IMG/VR virus record: IMGVR_UViG_3300029705_000157
Strand: one strand, 5' to 3'
DNA length: 55,561 nucleotides
DNA from: a virus
A program made the translations under genes and the position numbers. Below the pieces are notes generated by a model. The model was given only the letters and a program-made list of their open reading frames with translations, did no database searches and had not been told where the DNA came from. Numbering within the stretch: position 1 is the stretch's first letter; each line of letters opens with the position of its first letter. This document shows positions 43,681 through 52,846 of the stretch, in pieces.

Positions 43681-43968
43681 TTAAAATACAATTAATGTGA
43701 CTGACAAAAATCCAATAAACCATACAATCAAGGTATATATAATATCTGTTATCAGTTCTTCTATTAATTTTTCTGTTTTTCTCCTGTTCGTAGGTAAAAA
43801 CCATAAAACAATTAAAGAAAACGCCCATCCTTGCCAAAACGTAAATGTTCTCAAATCAAACAATTGGCATATTATGTTGTTCCAAAGATAAATTGTTACA
43901 AAGCCGGTAAGCACAAAATCAATAAGATATAAAATAATTCCTATTAAAGCCTTTGCTGTTTTTTTCAT
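43681..43968 (-). CDS. Small multi-pass membrane protein
   Basis: 95 aa with three hydrophobic helices. Confidence 0.4.
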   Translation of the reverse strand: MKKTAKALIGIILYLIDFVLTGFVTIYLWNNIICQLFDLRTFTFWQGWAFSLIVLWFLPTNRRKTEKLIEELITDIIYTLIVWFIGFLSVTLIVF

Positions 43969-45909
43969 TTACGCCACCTCCACTTTTAATTCTTTATCTT
44001 CTGAAACACACATCATAATCAGCTGGCAATCCATATCAATCTTCGCTTTTGATTTGGAGTCAAGACATTCCGCATTATCAAGAAATACCGGGTAAAATCT
44101 TCCGTAAAACTTCTGCAAGCCTTTAACAATATCCAGCTTTGCGAGAACTTCCAAACCAGTATTTGTACATTCGCCAAATCGCTTTCCGTTAATTGTCGGA
44201 ATGCAAATTTCCTTGTATTCGCCGTTTTTCTGATATTCAAAAAATTGCCATTTTACAACATCAAAATTACTATTAATCTCTTCCGTAAGAAGATTGTTCT
44301 TCATCTTTCCGATTTCTTTAATCTGATCAAGAATATCTTCACAATCGGCAAGTGCCTGTTCATACTCGATCTGCTTTTTACGGAGTTCTGCGATCTGTTC
44401 ATCAATCGCATCGTTATTAGACGCACGGAAAATCTCGCTTTTTACTTCATCCAGTTTGGATCGTATTTCTTTTTCTTCGATTTTCAGCTGACTTCTTGTA
44501 TCATCTGCAATGTTTCCAGCAATCATGTGTGATTCTTTTTCTTTAATCTCAGAAACAATGCGTTTATATTCGTCTGTATCGGAAATGTTGATTTCATCTG
44601 GAAGTTTTTTAATTTCTGTATCAACTGCATTCCAAAGAATGTGCAATTCATTTTCGTGTTCTTTGAGTCGTTCACGTTCTTCTTTTAAACCCTTTAACGC
44701 TTCCGTGTATTCCACAACAGCATTCTTGAAAATAGTTCCGCAGTCTGTAATCTTTTGCATTTCCGTAGATTTTCTTGCAGCGAAATTACTTCTTAATTTC
44801 TCCACATCTTCTACAGGCAATGGTTGCCCACACAAAGAACAAATTGCAGAATTTTCATCAAAAAATGTTTCGTTCCACTTGGACCATTCAACTCTTGTGT
44901 CGGAAAGTTTCTTATTAAAAGATTCAATCTGTCGTTCGGTATCTGATATGGTCATTTTGTTCGCCGTTATCTTTCCTTCATTAGCTTTAATCTGATAATC
45001 CAAATCACGTTTTTCGGAATTTAATTTGTTTCTCTTTTCCTGTAATTCAGCATTTGCACTTCTCTGAATATCGCCAAGTTTGAATTTTAATTCCATGATT
45101 CCATCAGACATTTTTTTCATTTCTTCGTACCGTTTGGAAATGTCCTGCTGCATACTCTCATTTTTTTCTAATAATTCTTCAAAGTGTCGCTTTTTTAATT
45201 CCAAATCAGAAACATCTACACGGTATTTAGCTGATTCCAGCCCAGCAATCTTAGCCATAATAATCTCTCCGTCTTTGCCGTAATCTTCACGGATTTTACG
45301 CATTGTAGACTTCTGCATTGCTTCAATTTCACTCATTTTGTAATTAGCAAGGAGTTCCGCAACCTTTTGTGTGCGTGACTGCATTTTTGCAATTTCCAAA
45401 TCCGTATAAGAATTTCTTGCCATGGAAAAGAGAATAGACCTTGCGATTTCATCTCTTGTCTTTTTCTCAAACGTGTATCTCAGAAACATATCCGGATGAC
45501 TGAGTATCAGCATTTTTTCAAAGTCAATACCAATATCTTCAAGATAAGATTTAAAATCACGCTCTGTCTTTTCAACAGCATTCACTTCATAGCTGTTCGT
45601 GATAGTCACACGTGTTTTATCCTTGGAAACCTTGCGTTTCTGCATTTTAGAAACCGTTACTGGTTTATTTCCAACCATAAATTCCAATGTTACCGTAGGT
45701 GTACATTCTCTTCCGTCATTTGGACGGATATTAGGATTGCTTTTCAAATCGTAGCTTTTATCAAAAAACAACCAATAAAAAGCATCTGCCATGGTTGTTT
45801 TCCCTGCACCGTTACATCCCGATATAACAGTTTTGTCTTTAAATATGTATTTTTCTTGAGTTGCGCCCTTGAAGTCTTGCAGACGCATTTCTAATAGCTT
45901 TGTTTTCAT
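43969..45909 (-). CDS. SMC/SbcC-like AAA ATPase with a long coiled coil
   Basis: Walker A GCNGAGKTT at the N-terminus, about 350 aa of heptad-rich sequence with a CxxC (CSLCGQ) hinge, and Walker B-like VFLDNAECLD at the C-terminus. Confidence 0.7.
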   Translation of the reverse strand: MKTKLLEMRLQDFKGATQEKYIFKDKTVISGCNGAGKTTMADAFYWLFFDKSYDLKSNPNIRPNDGRECTPTVTLEFMVGNKPVTVSKMQKRKVSKDKTRVTITNSYEVNAVEKTERDFKSYLEDIGIDFEKMLILSHPDMFLRYTFEKKTRDEIARSILFSMARNSYTDLEIAKMQSRTQKVAELLANYKMSEIEAMQKSTMRKIREDYGKDGEIIMAKIAGLESAKYRVDVSDLELKKRHFEELLEKNESMQQDISKRYEEMKKMSDGIMELKFKLGDIQRSANAELQEKRNKLNSEKRDLDYQIKANEGKITANKMTISDTERQIESFNKKLSDTRVEWSKWNETFFDENSAICSLCGQPLPVEDVEKLRSNFAARKSTEMQKITDCGTIFKNAVVEYTEALKGLKEERERLKEHENELHILWNAVDTEIKKLPDEINISDTDEYKRIVSEIKEKESHMIAGNIADDTRSQLKIEEKEIRSKLDEVKSEIFRASNNDAIDEQIAELRKKQIEYEQALADCEDILDQIKEIGKMKNNLLTEEINSNFDVVKWQFFEYQKNGEYKEICIPTINGKRFGECTNTGLEVLAKLDIVKGLQKFYGRFYPVFLDNAECLDSKSKAKIDMDCQLIMMCVSEDKELKVEVA

Positions 45910-46096
45910 TTTCTTTCCTCCATTCTTCTATCCAGCAATCAATCTCCCCTAATACAATCCAAATCAATATTCCAGCAAGAATACCGACCAGCCAAAGATT
46001 ATCTTTAACCTCCCACCACGAATCAACTGTGGTTATCGAATAACCGCTTATGGCTCCTATAATCATGTTTTTAATGGTTTCTTTAATAAGTTTCAT
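45839..46096 (-). CDS. Small membrane protein
   Basis: 85-aa ORF with two hydrophobic segments. Its 3' end overlaps the ATPase start. Confidence 0.3.
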   Translation of the reverse strand: MKLIKETIKNMIIGAISGYSITTVDSWWEVKDNLWLVGILAGILIWIVLGEIDCWIEEWRKENENKAIRNASARLQGRNSRKIHI

Positions 46097-46407
46097 AATG
46101 CCCTTCTCCTAAACTTATCTAATGTTTTTTTTACCCCTGTCCTTTTGTGAATAACCTTCAAATAAAAATCCGTTACGTCATAACACATCCATTCTTTTGG
46201 ATTCATATAATGTGCAGACACACATTCTTTTTGACTACGTGTTAACCTCTTCGGCTGTTTCATTTTCCACCACTCCTTTTCGGAAACCTTTGAAAAATTC
46301 TCTTAAGGCAAACAATCCCAAGCACGCAATTTGTAAAACAAGCATACCAACCGCACCAACGATAATTCCTGTTGCAAAATTCATATTCGTCACCTCTCAT
46401 TCTTCAA

Positions 46408-46905
46408 TCAAGATTCAAAGATGGAAGATGGAAAGATACAAACCGGGCGAACACCGTTGCGGCTGCGGCAATTGAAGATGTCGAGTATGCGGCCGGACGG
46501 AGAAACAACGGCGTGCAAATATTTATATCCATTACATGGCGTGCTCCATGGTGTAATCAGCCACCACCAGTCATTCATGTTAGGTAAATATTTTCTGTAT
46601 CTCTGATACTCATGCTCGGTAATCAGCGACGCAAAGTCCTTACAAGTTCCGTATTCCGTCTGTCCATCAACCGACATCAGATCACGTTCAAACTCAACCA
46701 GTTTAACGCCTGCATCTTCAATCTTTTTACAAAAATCCCCATTCAGATATTCTCTAAGGCTTGATTTTCTCCAGTCGTTTGAATCATCATCAAAAACCTT
46801 ATCCCCGATTGATTCTTCGGTAATCGCCAAATAGCCCTGTTCTGTTTTATCCAGGATTCTCCATTTAAGTCCTGCGATTTCTTTAATTGTTCCAATGTTA
46901 TTCAT
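46408..46905 (-). CDS. DGR target-like protein 3 (remote paralogue carrying VR3)
   Basis: WRKSSLREYLN...NDWWWLITPWST...VVSPSGRILDIFNCRSRNGVRPVCIF. Confidence 0.75.
   Translation of the reverse strand: MNNIGTIKEIAGLKWRILDKTEQGYLAITEESIGDKVFDDDSNDWRKSSLREYLNGDFCKKIEDAGVKLVEFERDLMSVDGQTEYGTCKDFASLITEHEYQRYRKYLPNMNDWWWLITPWSTPCNGYKYLHAVVSPSGRILDIFNCRSRNGVRPVCIFPSSIFES
46435..46513 (-). repeat. Variable-repeat-like VR3 (diverged)
   Basis: GTT GTT TCT CCG TCC GGC CGC ATA CTC GAC ATC TTC AAT TGC CGC AGC CGC AAC GGT GTT CGC CCG. One extra codon and at least four non-adenine mismatches to the TR. Confidence 0.65.
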
Positions 46906-46921
46906 GTTTGTTCTCCTTTCT

Positions 46922-47686
46922 TTATGCTGTTAAAAACTTATTCACAAAATACACTTGTCCGCGACCTGTAATTTTCGGCGTGCGAGTGATTCTTACCGAA
47001 CCATCGGGATTTTGAACACTGGATTCCTTGATTTCAAATAATCCCTGCTCCATGTACTTCTGTTTCGGCATATTGTATGAACTGCCCTGTTTCATCAGAT
47101 ATCCGTTATCACGCATCCACTGGAACAATCGTTTCTGACCGATTTTCACACCGTTCTGACAAATCAGCTTGGCCAAATCTCCGATAAGGATTGAAGTGTG
47201 ACTTGTGGACACCGCATCAGCAAAAATAGTCTTTGGCTTGTCAGCTTCAATCTGCATCTGCTGTCTGTGGATAATTGCATCACGTTCAGCGATTTTGTTT
47301 TGAGCGACCAGCAACGCCTTAGCCATCAGTTCATCATCTGTCATGGTTTCTTGTCCGGCTATATAACCACCGTGTTTTCTGATTGACGGAAGGACTTCTG
47401 ATGTTACCCAGTGTTTAAATCGTTTGGCTGATTCTAATTTGCTTCCAAGAATAAGTCCGTACATTCCTGACTCATTGATTACGATAGTTTCCTTATTCTG
47501 ATTCCCATCAAAAATCATAAGTTTTGTTCTATCTTCTTCGTCAACATGTCTGTTAATATCTCGACTACCGTTTTGGTACCCCAGCTTATCAGCAACATCC
47601 TTACCAACAAAATACACTTCATTATTCAGTTGTACCGTTCGGATTTTCCCGAACTCAGCATTTTCAAAAATCTTGATTTCGTTCAT
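46922..47686 (-). CDS. Antirepressor (Bro-N domain + KilAC/ANT C-terminal domain)
   Basis: IKIFENAEFGKIRTV...YFVGKDVADKLGY...NESGMYGLILGSKLESAKRFKHWVTSEVLPSIRKHG. The C-terminus ends TPKITGRGQVYFVNKF. Confidence 0.85.
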   Translation of the reverse strand: MNEIKIFENAEFGKIRTVQLNNEVYFVGKDVADKLGYQNGSRDINRHVDEEDRTKLMIFDGNQNKETIVINESGMYGLILGSKLESAKRFKHWVTSEVLPSIRKHGGYIAGQETMTDDELMAKALLVAQNKIAERDAIIHRQQMQIEADKPKTIFADAVSTSHTSILIGDLAKLICQNGVKIGQKRLFQWMRDNGYLMKQGSSYNMPKQKYMEQGLFEIKESSVQNPDGSVRITRTPKITGRGQVYFVNKFLTA

Positions 47687-47800
47687 TCGCTCACCCCCTA
47701 CACCATCGGGATAAGACTTGCGATAAGAACACCAGTCAATACCCCGATGCAAGGAATGAGAAATTCGATTGCCATGATTAGAATGTCTTTCTTTCTCATG

Positions 47801-47951
47801 CTATCCCTCACTTTCTTTTGTCGTATCTGATTCTGTTTCTCTAACCATTGCCATACCCTCGGCAACTCCAAGAATGTAATTCTGTTTATCCTTATCCAAT
47901 TTCGGAACTGTATCGGATAATTTCTGAATAATTTCTTTTTCTCTTTCCGAC
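47801..47951 (-). CDS. First small early protein
   Basis: MSEREKEIIQKLSDTVPKLDK..., the first ORF downstream of the leftward early promoter. Confidence 0.35.
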
Positions 47952-47989
47952 ATAATATTCACCTCACTTTTTGTTGACCTTGTAAACAC

Positions 47990-48018
47990 AGTATAGTCCC
48001 TGAGTTACATTTTGTCAA
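47990..48018 (-). promoter_or_regulatory. Leftward early (lytic) promoter
   Basis: On the minus strand: -35 TTGACA (48018-48013), 17-nt spacer, -10 TATACT (47995-47990). Confidence 0.6.
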
Positions 48019-48028
48019 TAACTTTTTG

Positions 48029-48057
48029 TTGACTTAGGGACTTTTTTTTGATATAGT
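48029..48057 (+). promoter_or_regulatory. Rightward promoter for the XRE-type regulator
   Basis: -35 TTGACT (48029-48034), 17-nt spacer containing T8, -10 TATAGT (48052-48057). It is flanked by the repeat CTTTTTGTTGAC (47967 and 48022) and the inverted repeat GTCCCTNAG (47996 and 48033). Confidence 0.6.
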
Positions 48058-48076
48058 AAAATCAGGAGGTGGGACA

Positions 48077-48439
48077 ATGAACGAACGTATAAAGGAATTA
48101 AGAAAAGAACTCGGATTAACACAAGAAGAGTTTTCTTCGAGAATTGGATTATCAAGAAATTTCATTGCGCAAGTAGAACTTGGAACCAAAACGCCGTCCG
48201 ATAGAACCGTGTCAGATATTTGCAGAGTATTTTCCGTAAATGAAGAATGGTTAAGAAATGGAACAGGCAACAAAGAACAGTCAATGAGCCGGAATGAAGA
48301 AATCCAAACTTTTGCGAACCAAGTAATGTCAGATATGGACGAATCCATAAAGAAAAGATTGCTTATAGCGTTATCTAAATTGAATGAAGATGATTGGAAG
48401 ACGATCGAAAAAATCGTTGACGAATTATCAAAAAAATAG
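48077..48439 (+). CDS. XRE-family HTH regulator (CI-like repressor candidate at the switch)
   Basis: ELRKELGLTQEEFSSRIGLSRNFIAQVELG. It is divergent from the early promoter. Confidence 0.75.
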   Translation: MNERIKELRKELGLTQEEFSSRIGLSRNFIAQVELGTKTPSDRTVSDICRVFSVNEEWLRNGTGNKEQSMSRNEEIQTFANQVMSDMDESIKKRLLIALSKLNEDDWKTIEKIVDELSKK

Positions 48440-48466
48440 GAGGTGCGAAAACACCTCCTATTTCAT
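48438..48466 (+). terminator. Intrinsic terminator
   Basis: AGGAGGTG-cgaaaa-CACCTCCT followed by ATTTCATT. Confidence 0.6.
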
Positions 48467-48756
48467 TAAATTCTTTATGCAGTCATGTATTAACTTTAAA
48501 ACTCTTTCACTTTGTATACTATTTACTAGTCTAATAATCTCCGACTTATAATCCATGTCACATCCTCCAATCAATCCGTACGCAAAAACACAAAATCCCT
48601 ATGGATATAATATATCACACAGGGAATCACATTTCAAGAAAAATCAGAACATGTGTTCGAATATATTTTCCCACGTGCAAATTGCTCTACGCATTTGATT
48701 GATTTATTTATCAGTTTAAGAATCACTTTTACTTTCATAATAGATACCACCATTTA

Positions 48757-48785
48757 TTGACATAGAATATTTATTTTTGTAGAAT
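48757..48785 (+). promoter_or_regulatory. Strong sigmaA-type promoter for 48911..49702
   Basis: -35 TTGACA (48757-48762), 17-nt spacer, -10 TAGAAT (48780-48785). Confidence 0.6.
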
Positions 48786-48910
48786 AAAGATAATAGTTTT
48801 TTGTTGGGGGGAAACAGACTGCAACCTCATATTTCCCCCGCCGGAACTTGAAGTTGTCTTATTACTAAGACAGCTTCATTCTATATCAAAAATAGAATGG
48901 AGGGAATATT

Positions 48911-49702
48911 TTGAAAAACGAAAAATCAAAAAATATTCGCTTGAATTTGGTGTCAAATCACGAAAATTACATGGAAAGTTTCCGTGATAACATCGGAATT
49001 TTACGAACTGATTTTGGTTGGTCTGTGAGAGTTTTAGCAGAAAAAGCTAATATATCAGAAGACACGCTTCAAACATTTTTAAAGGGAAAATCTAAAGACT
49101 GCAATTTGTCAACGGCGGTAAAATTAGCAAGGGCGTTTGGAATTACAGTAGATGAATTGATTGGTGCAGAAACTATGGACCCACAGACTCAAGAATCCGT
49201 AGCTATGTCTTCTAATCTAAAAGACCATCATAGATATGTTATTCGTGCTTACGTTAAGCATCAATACAAGATACATGGTGATGTTCCTAAGACAAGCAAA
49301 CAGATTTCAGTAATGATGCCAGAATGCCATCACGGATATTTGAAAACTACTAATGTTACCGAAGCATTAAACATAGACCATCTGTACGATAGCACACGAT
49401 CAAAAGTATGCCTTGGTTTACGTGTTCCATGCGCACACTACGAACCATATTATATGCAAAACGAAATTCTTTTACTTGCCGCAGACCGTGACGGACTTAA
49501 CAATGAACGATGTGTCATTACTCATGCTGGAAATTTCTACATATGCATCAAGCGTATTATAATTGAAAATGGCAAAAAATCGGTAAAATATTTGTCGCTC
49601 ATGGACGGAAGAAACGTGCTATTTGACCATGATGAAATAGATGATAAGATTGGATATGTTGTTGGATTCTTGTACCCAGATGGCGCATGGGGTGTTCGAT
49701 AA
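48911..49702 (+). CDS. HTH (XRE) protein with a LexA/CI-like C-terminal domain that lacks an obvious Ser-Lys dyad
   Basis: LAEKANISEDTLQTFLKGKSK HTH. The C-terminal beta-rich domain has no GxSM-type motif. TTG start after GGAGGGA. Confidence 0.6.
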   Translation: MKNEKSKNIRLNLVSNHENYMESFRDNIGILRTDFGWSVRVLAEKANISEDTLQTFLKGKSKDCNLSTAVKLARAFGITVDELIGAETMDPQTQESVAMSSNLKDHHRYVIRAYVKHQYKIHGDVPKTSKQISVMMPECHHGYLKTTNVTEALNIDHLYDSTRSKVCLGLRVPCAHYEPYYMQNEILLLAADRDGLNNERCVITHAGNFYICIKRIIIENGKKSVKYLSLMDGRNVLFDHDEIDDKIGYVVGFLYPDGAWGVR

Positions 49703-49871
49703 ATTTCCGCAAACTAAAAATCCCCCTTGGCTCGTAATGAACCTTGGGGGATTCGTTATGTGTTTATTTAGTTTTCTTTTGCTTCCTCTTCACATCTCGG
49801 GCACACCATACGACCTTCTGGTATGATTTCTTCACAGCATACGCATCTGTTCATGTTACACCTCTTTTTGA

Positions 49872-50285
49872 TTATTGTATGATAGACCACGCCTGATGAT
49901 ACTCGGATGGGCTGTAAACAGTGTCCATATTACAAAGGTATGTATACCCATCTTCCCAAATCATGTATTCGCCTTTTAGGTACATATCATGCGCACCAGT
50001 AGGTTTCTCCCATGGAAGTGCATATTCTTTCTTGCGACTGTGGTATGCTTTCCAAATAGATGCCGTGTCGATTGTCCAATCGGTGTTTACTGTAGAATCA
50101 TGCTCAATCATGCATTCTTTCGGGATTCCGTTTGCGTTTAGTCGGATGTCGCCTACGTTGTATTTGTTTGGAGTCCACTCCTCAAAGTAATTTGCAGTAG
50201 CGATTATGAGTGTTTTATCCTCTGATTTTTCTGCGTACTCTTGTATGAGTTTTCTTAACGCTTTGGCTTTTTCGATTATGTTCAT
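49872..50285 (-). CDS. Hypothetical protein with two aromatic-rich carbohydrate-binding-like repeats (last gene of the fibre block)
   Basis: YNVGDIRLNANGIPKECMIEHDS...W and YLKGEYMIWEDGYTYLCNMDT...W. Confidence 0.35.
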   Translation of the reverse strand: MNIIEKAKALRKLIQEYAEKSEDKTLIIATANYFEEWTPNKYNVGDIRLNANGIPKECMIEHDSTVNTDWTIDTASIWKAYHSRKKEYALPWEKPTGAHDMYLKGEYMIWEDGYTYLCNMDTVYSPSEYHQAWSIIQ

Positions 50286-50545
50286 TCACTCACCCCCAGT
50301 AAGATACGACCTGCTTCGGCATATTCATCATTGATGTCGATATCAGTGGTAGGTTCGTCAATTTCCGTAAACTTATTTGGACTATCCGTATCAATACAAG
50401 CGTAAGTAGCAACACCATCCGTAAGAACTTTTCCTTTGTCTGCAATAAGTCTATAGACTTCCGTGTAGTCACCATCTGGCTTTTCGGTAGATACTGTTAC
50501 CTTGCCCGCTTCTCGTTCATATCTGTATAATTTTTTAATCTCCAT
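50282..50545 (-). CDS. Hypothetical protein
   Basis: 87-aa ORF, translationally coupled on both sides. Confidence 0.35.
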   Translation of the reverse strand: MEIKKLYRYEREAGKVTVSTEKPDGDYTEVYRLIADKGKVLTDGVATYACIDTDSPNKFTEIDEPTTDIDINDEYAEAGRILLGVSE

Positions 50546-51843
50546 TAGTTCACCTCATCTAACACTTCAAGTTTTGTGACACAGAAACCATTAAAGGATA
50601 AAGGTATGCAATAAATACCAGCTTTTGGTATCGTTATATTCGGGAATCCATCATAGGATAATTCCGTATTATCTATAGATACGCCAATAATGGCTCCGTT
50701 AAATTTCATCCATGTACTAGGTTGACTTGATGATGTTGAATCGTCTACATCTTCTTCGAAAACTGTTATATTTCCGTTATTAATAGTTGTTATTTTAATG
50801 GATTTATGCGTAAATATCGGATAATAGTCACACACCTTATAGATAGTCACATTCATAACATCTGTAGCAATTTCAACATGTTCTAACCCATCAGTTGTAA
50901 CACCATCCCATTCAAGAACAGTCTTGTATTCATCAGATGGTTCTACATAGTTATAATTAATAGTAGCATTGGTAGCACCCCAAGGAGCGTTTGATACTTC
51001 GCCTTCTGACCATGGTACGTTGATAGTAAGGAGGTTGGTGCAGTCTTTAAAGGCATCTGATGATATTGATCGAGGCTTTACAGTAAATGTCATTTGTGTT
51101 AAATCAGTACATCCACGAAAAGCTTGTGTACTGATTTGTGTAATTCCTTCGGGCAAAGATGTTAATGCTAGACTTGTACAGTTTTGAAAAGCATACGAAC
51201 TGATGTCGTTTAGCGTTGCTGGTAATGATGTTAATGCTAGACTTGTACAGTCACGAAAAGTGCTATTGTTGATAGTTGTAATTCCTTCGGGCAAAGATGT
51301 TAATGCTAGACTTGTACATTTTTGAAAAGCATACGAACCGATGCCGTTTAGCGTTGCTGGTAATGATGTTAATGCTAGACTTGTACAGTTTGAAAAAGCG
51401 TTACTGTTGATACGTGTAATTCCTTCGGGCAAAGATGTTAATGCTAGACTTGTACAGTTTTGAAAAGCATACGAACTGATGTCGTTTAGCGTTGCTGGTA
51501 ATGATGTTAATGCTAGACTTGTACAGTTTGAAAAAGCGTTACTGTTGATACTTGTAATTCCTTCGGGCAAAGATACTGATATCAGTTTCTCACATCGTTC
51601 GAAAGCACTTGTGCCTATTTTTGTAGTTCCTTCTGGTATAACAACATTAACAATCGTTCTCTCTACAATGTTTTTCAGTATTTCAGCCCATTCGTCATCG
51701 CTAGAACCACCGCTTTGAATCGCCATAATAGCACCACTCATTTGAGATGGCTTATAGGTTTCTTCTGTACCATTTTTTTCACGGATAGCATCTGCAATGT
51801 CTCTCATATAACTTTCATCTATAAATACATTAGCCATTACCAC
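50545..51843 (-). CDS. BspA-type leucine-rich-repeat protein (receptor-binding candidate)
   Basis: Repeated 23-aa units such as [23 protein letters not shown] and [23 protein letters not shown]. It lies in the tail-fibre block. Confidence 0.75.
   Translation of the reverse strand: MVMANVFIDESYMRDIADAIREKNGTEETYKPSQMSGAIMAIQSGGSSDDEWAEILKNIVERTIVNVVIPEGTTKIGTSAFERCEKLISVSLPEGITSINSNAFSNCTSLALTSLPATLNDISSYAFQNCTSLALTSLPEGITRINSNAFSNCTSLALTSLPATLNGIGSYAFQKCTSLALTSLPEGITTINNSTFRDCTSLALTSLPATLNDISSYAFQNCTSLALTSLPEGITQISTQAFRGCTDLTQMTFTVKPRSISSDAFKDCTNLLTINVPWSEGEVSNAPWGATNATINYNYVEPSDEYKTVLEWDGVTTDGLEHVEIATDVMNVTIYKVCDYYPIFTHKSIKITTINNGNITVFEEDVDDSTSSSQPSTWMKFNGAIIGVSIDNTELSYDGFPNITIPKAGIYCIPLSFNGFCVTKLEVLDEVN
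51140..51553 (-). repeat. Three near-identical tandem 138-bp coding repeats (each encoding two LRR units)
   Basis: Units start at 51140, 51278 and 51416, with a partial fourth at 51554. The first ~111 nt of copies 1 and 3 are identical. Confidence 0.9.
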
Positions 51844-52826
51844 GCCACCTCGTTTCCATTTACTACTTGATTGAAAATTTCAGTGATAATTTCGGTTTTA
51901 TCGGATTCCGTGAAGTAATCTACACCTTTTTGTGGGGTGTAGCCGGGCTGACCTGGTTCGCCTGGTATGCCTTGTGGGCCTTCTGGTCCTTGTGGTCCAG
52001 GTTCTCCAATGTCTCCTTTATCGCCTTTTTCTCCTCGCGGTCCTTGTTCTCCAGTTTCTCCTTGAACACCTTGAATTCCCTGTTCGCCTTGTGGTCCTAC
52101 TTCTCCTCTTTCTCCTTGAGTGCCTTGTTCACCCTTGTCGCCCTTTTGACCTCTTGAACCATTTCGAACTTCAAAAGTGGATTTTTCGCCATCGGTTTTT
52201 GTGACAGTGACTACATTAACACCGCCATCTTCCGTTGATGTAGTGGTCTGAATCACGGAATCGATACCGACACCATCTTTTCCATCAGTGCCACTTCCGC
52301 TTCCACCACCCGATTGATTCACTGCTTCAAATTCAATCGGTTTTCCGTTTTCGCCTACGGATTTTACGGCTATTACTTGCCCTACTTCTGCAAATTCTGG
52401 AATAGATATTTTATTTCTTATTGCAACTTCAAGTTGCTCCAAGAACGATAATTGTGAAGGACTTGAATATCCATTAGGCTCAGGTTTGGACTGAACGTAC
52501 ATGGTTATCTTACGGACTGTCCTTGCTGAATCCTCCCCTATAAGATACACAAACGCATATGCTTCATAAAATGTCTTTTTTGTTTCTTCTGCTTCTGTAA
52601 CCAGTGTCGGAATGCTGACAATAATATCTCCGTCAACAACCTCGCCAAGCATACGTTCCGCTTCTCCGTTCTTTTCCGTTAAAGAAAAATGGACTTCGAC
52701 CATATCCGTATATACGTCAAGTCCACTTATTTTCAGTTTTGTTCCAATATCCCATTGCACCACCCCATCTTGCAGAGTGGTGCTATATTCATCTGTTTTA
52801 AATATTACTGGAATTAATTTTTCCAT
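51837..52826 (-). CDS. Collagen-like tail fibre protein
   Basis: 24 uninterrupted Gly-X-Y triplets ([28 protein letters not shown]...GEPGQPG). Confidence 0.75.
   Translation of the reverse strand: MEKLIPVIFKTDEYSTTLQDGVVQWDIGTKLKISGLDVYTDMVEVHFSLTEKNGEAERMLGEVVDGDIIVSIPTLVTEAEETKKTFYEAYAFVYLIGEDSARTVRKITMYVQSKPEPNGYSSPSQLSFLEQLEVAIRNKISIPEFAEVGQVIAVKSVGENGKPIEFEAVNQSGGGSGSGTDGKDGVGIDSVIQTTTSTEDGGVNVVTVTKTDGEKSTFEVRNGSRGQKGDKGEQGTQGERGEVGPQGEQGIQGVQGETGEQGPRGEKGDKGDIGEPGPQGPEGPQGIPGEPGQPGYTPQKGVDYFTESDKTEIITEIFNQVVNGNEVAW
51942..52160 (-). repeat. Gly-X-Y collagen-like coding repeat
   Basis: Residues 223-295 of the 329-aa ORF. Confidence 0.85.
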
Positions 52827-52846
52827 GTGCTATACCTCGTAATATT

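Noticed and set aside
4587-50475. Same-strand out-of-frame nested ORFs (4587..4811, 21246..21575, 23448..23639, 29739..29927, 31112..31345, 42403..42639, 44019..44240, 50290..50475)
   Set aside because: They are embedded in longer ORFs that have recognisable motifs, and there is no independent support.
51140-51553. Regular repeats that could be mistaken for a CRISPR array
   Set aside because: The repeats are 138-bp in-frame coding units of an LRR protein with no unique spacers. The same applies to the tape measure (1170..1625) and capsid (9058..9138) repeats. No CRISPR array is present.
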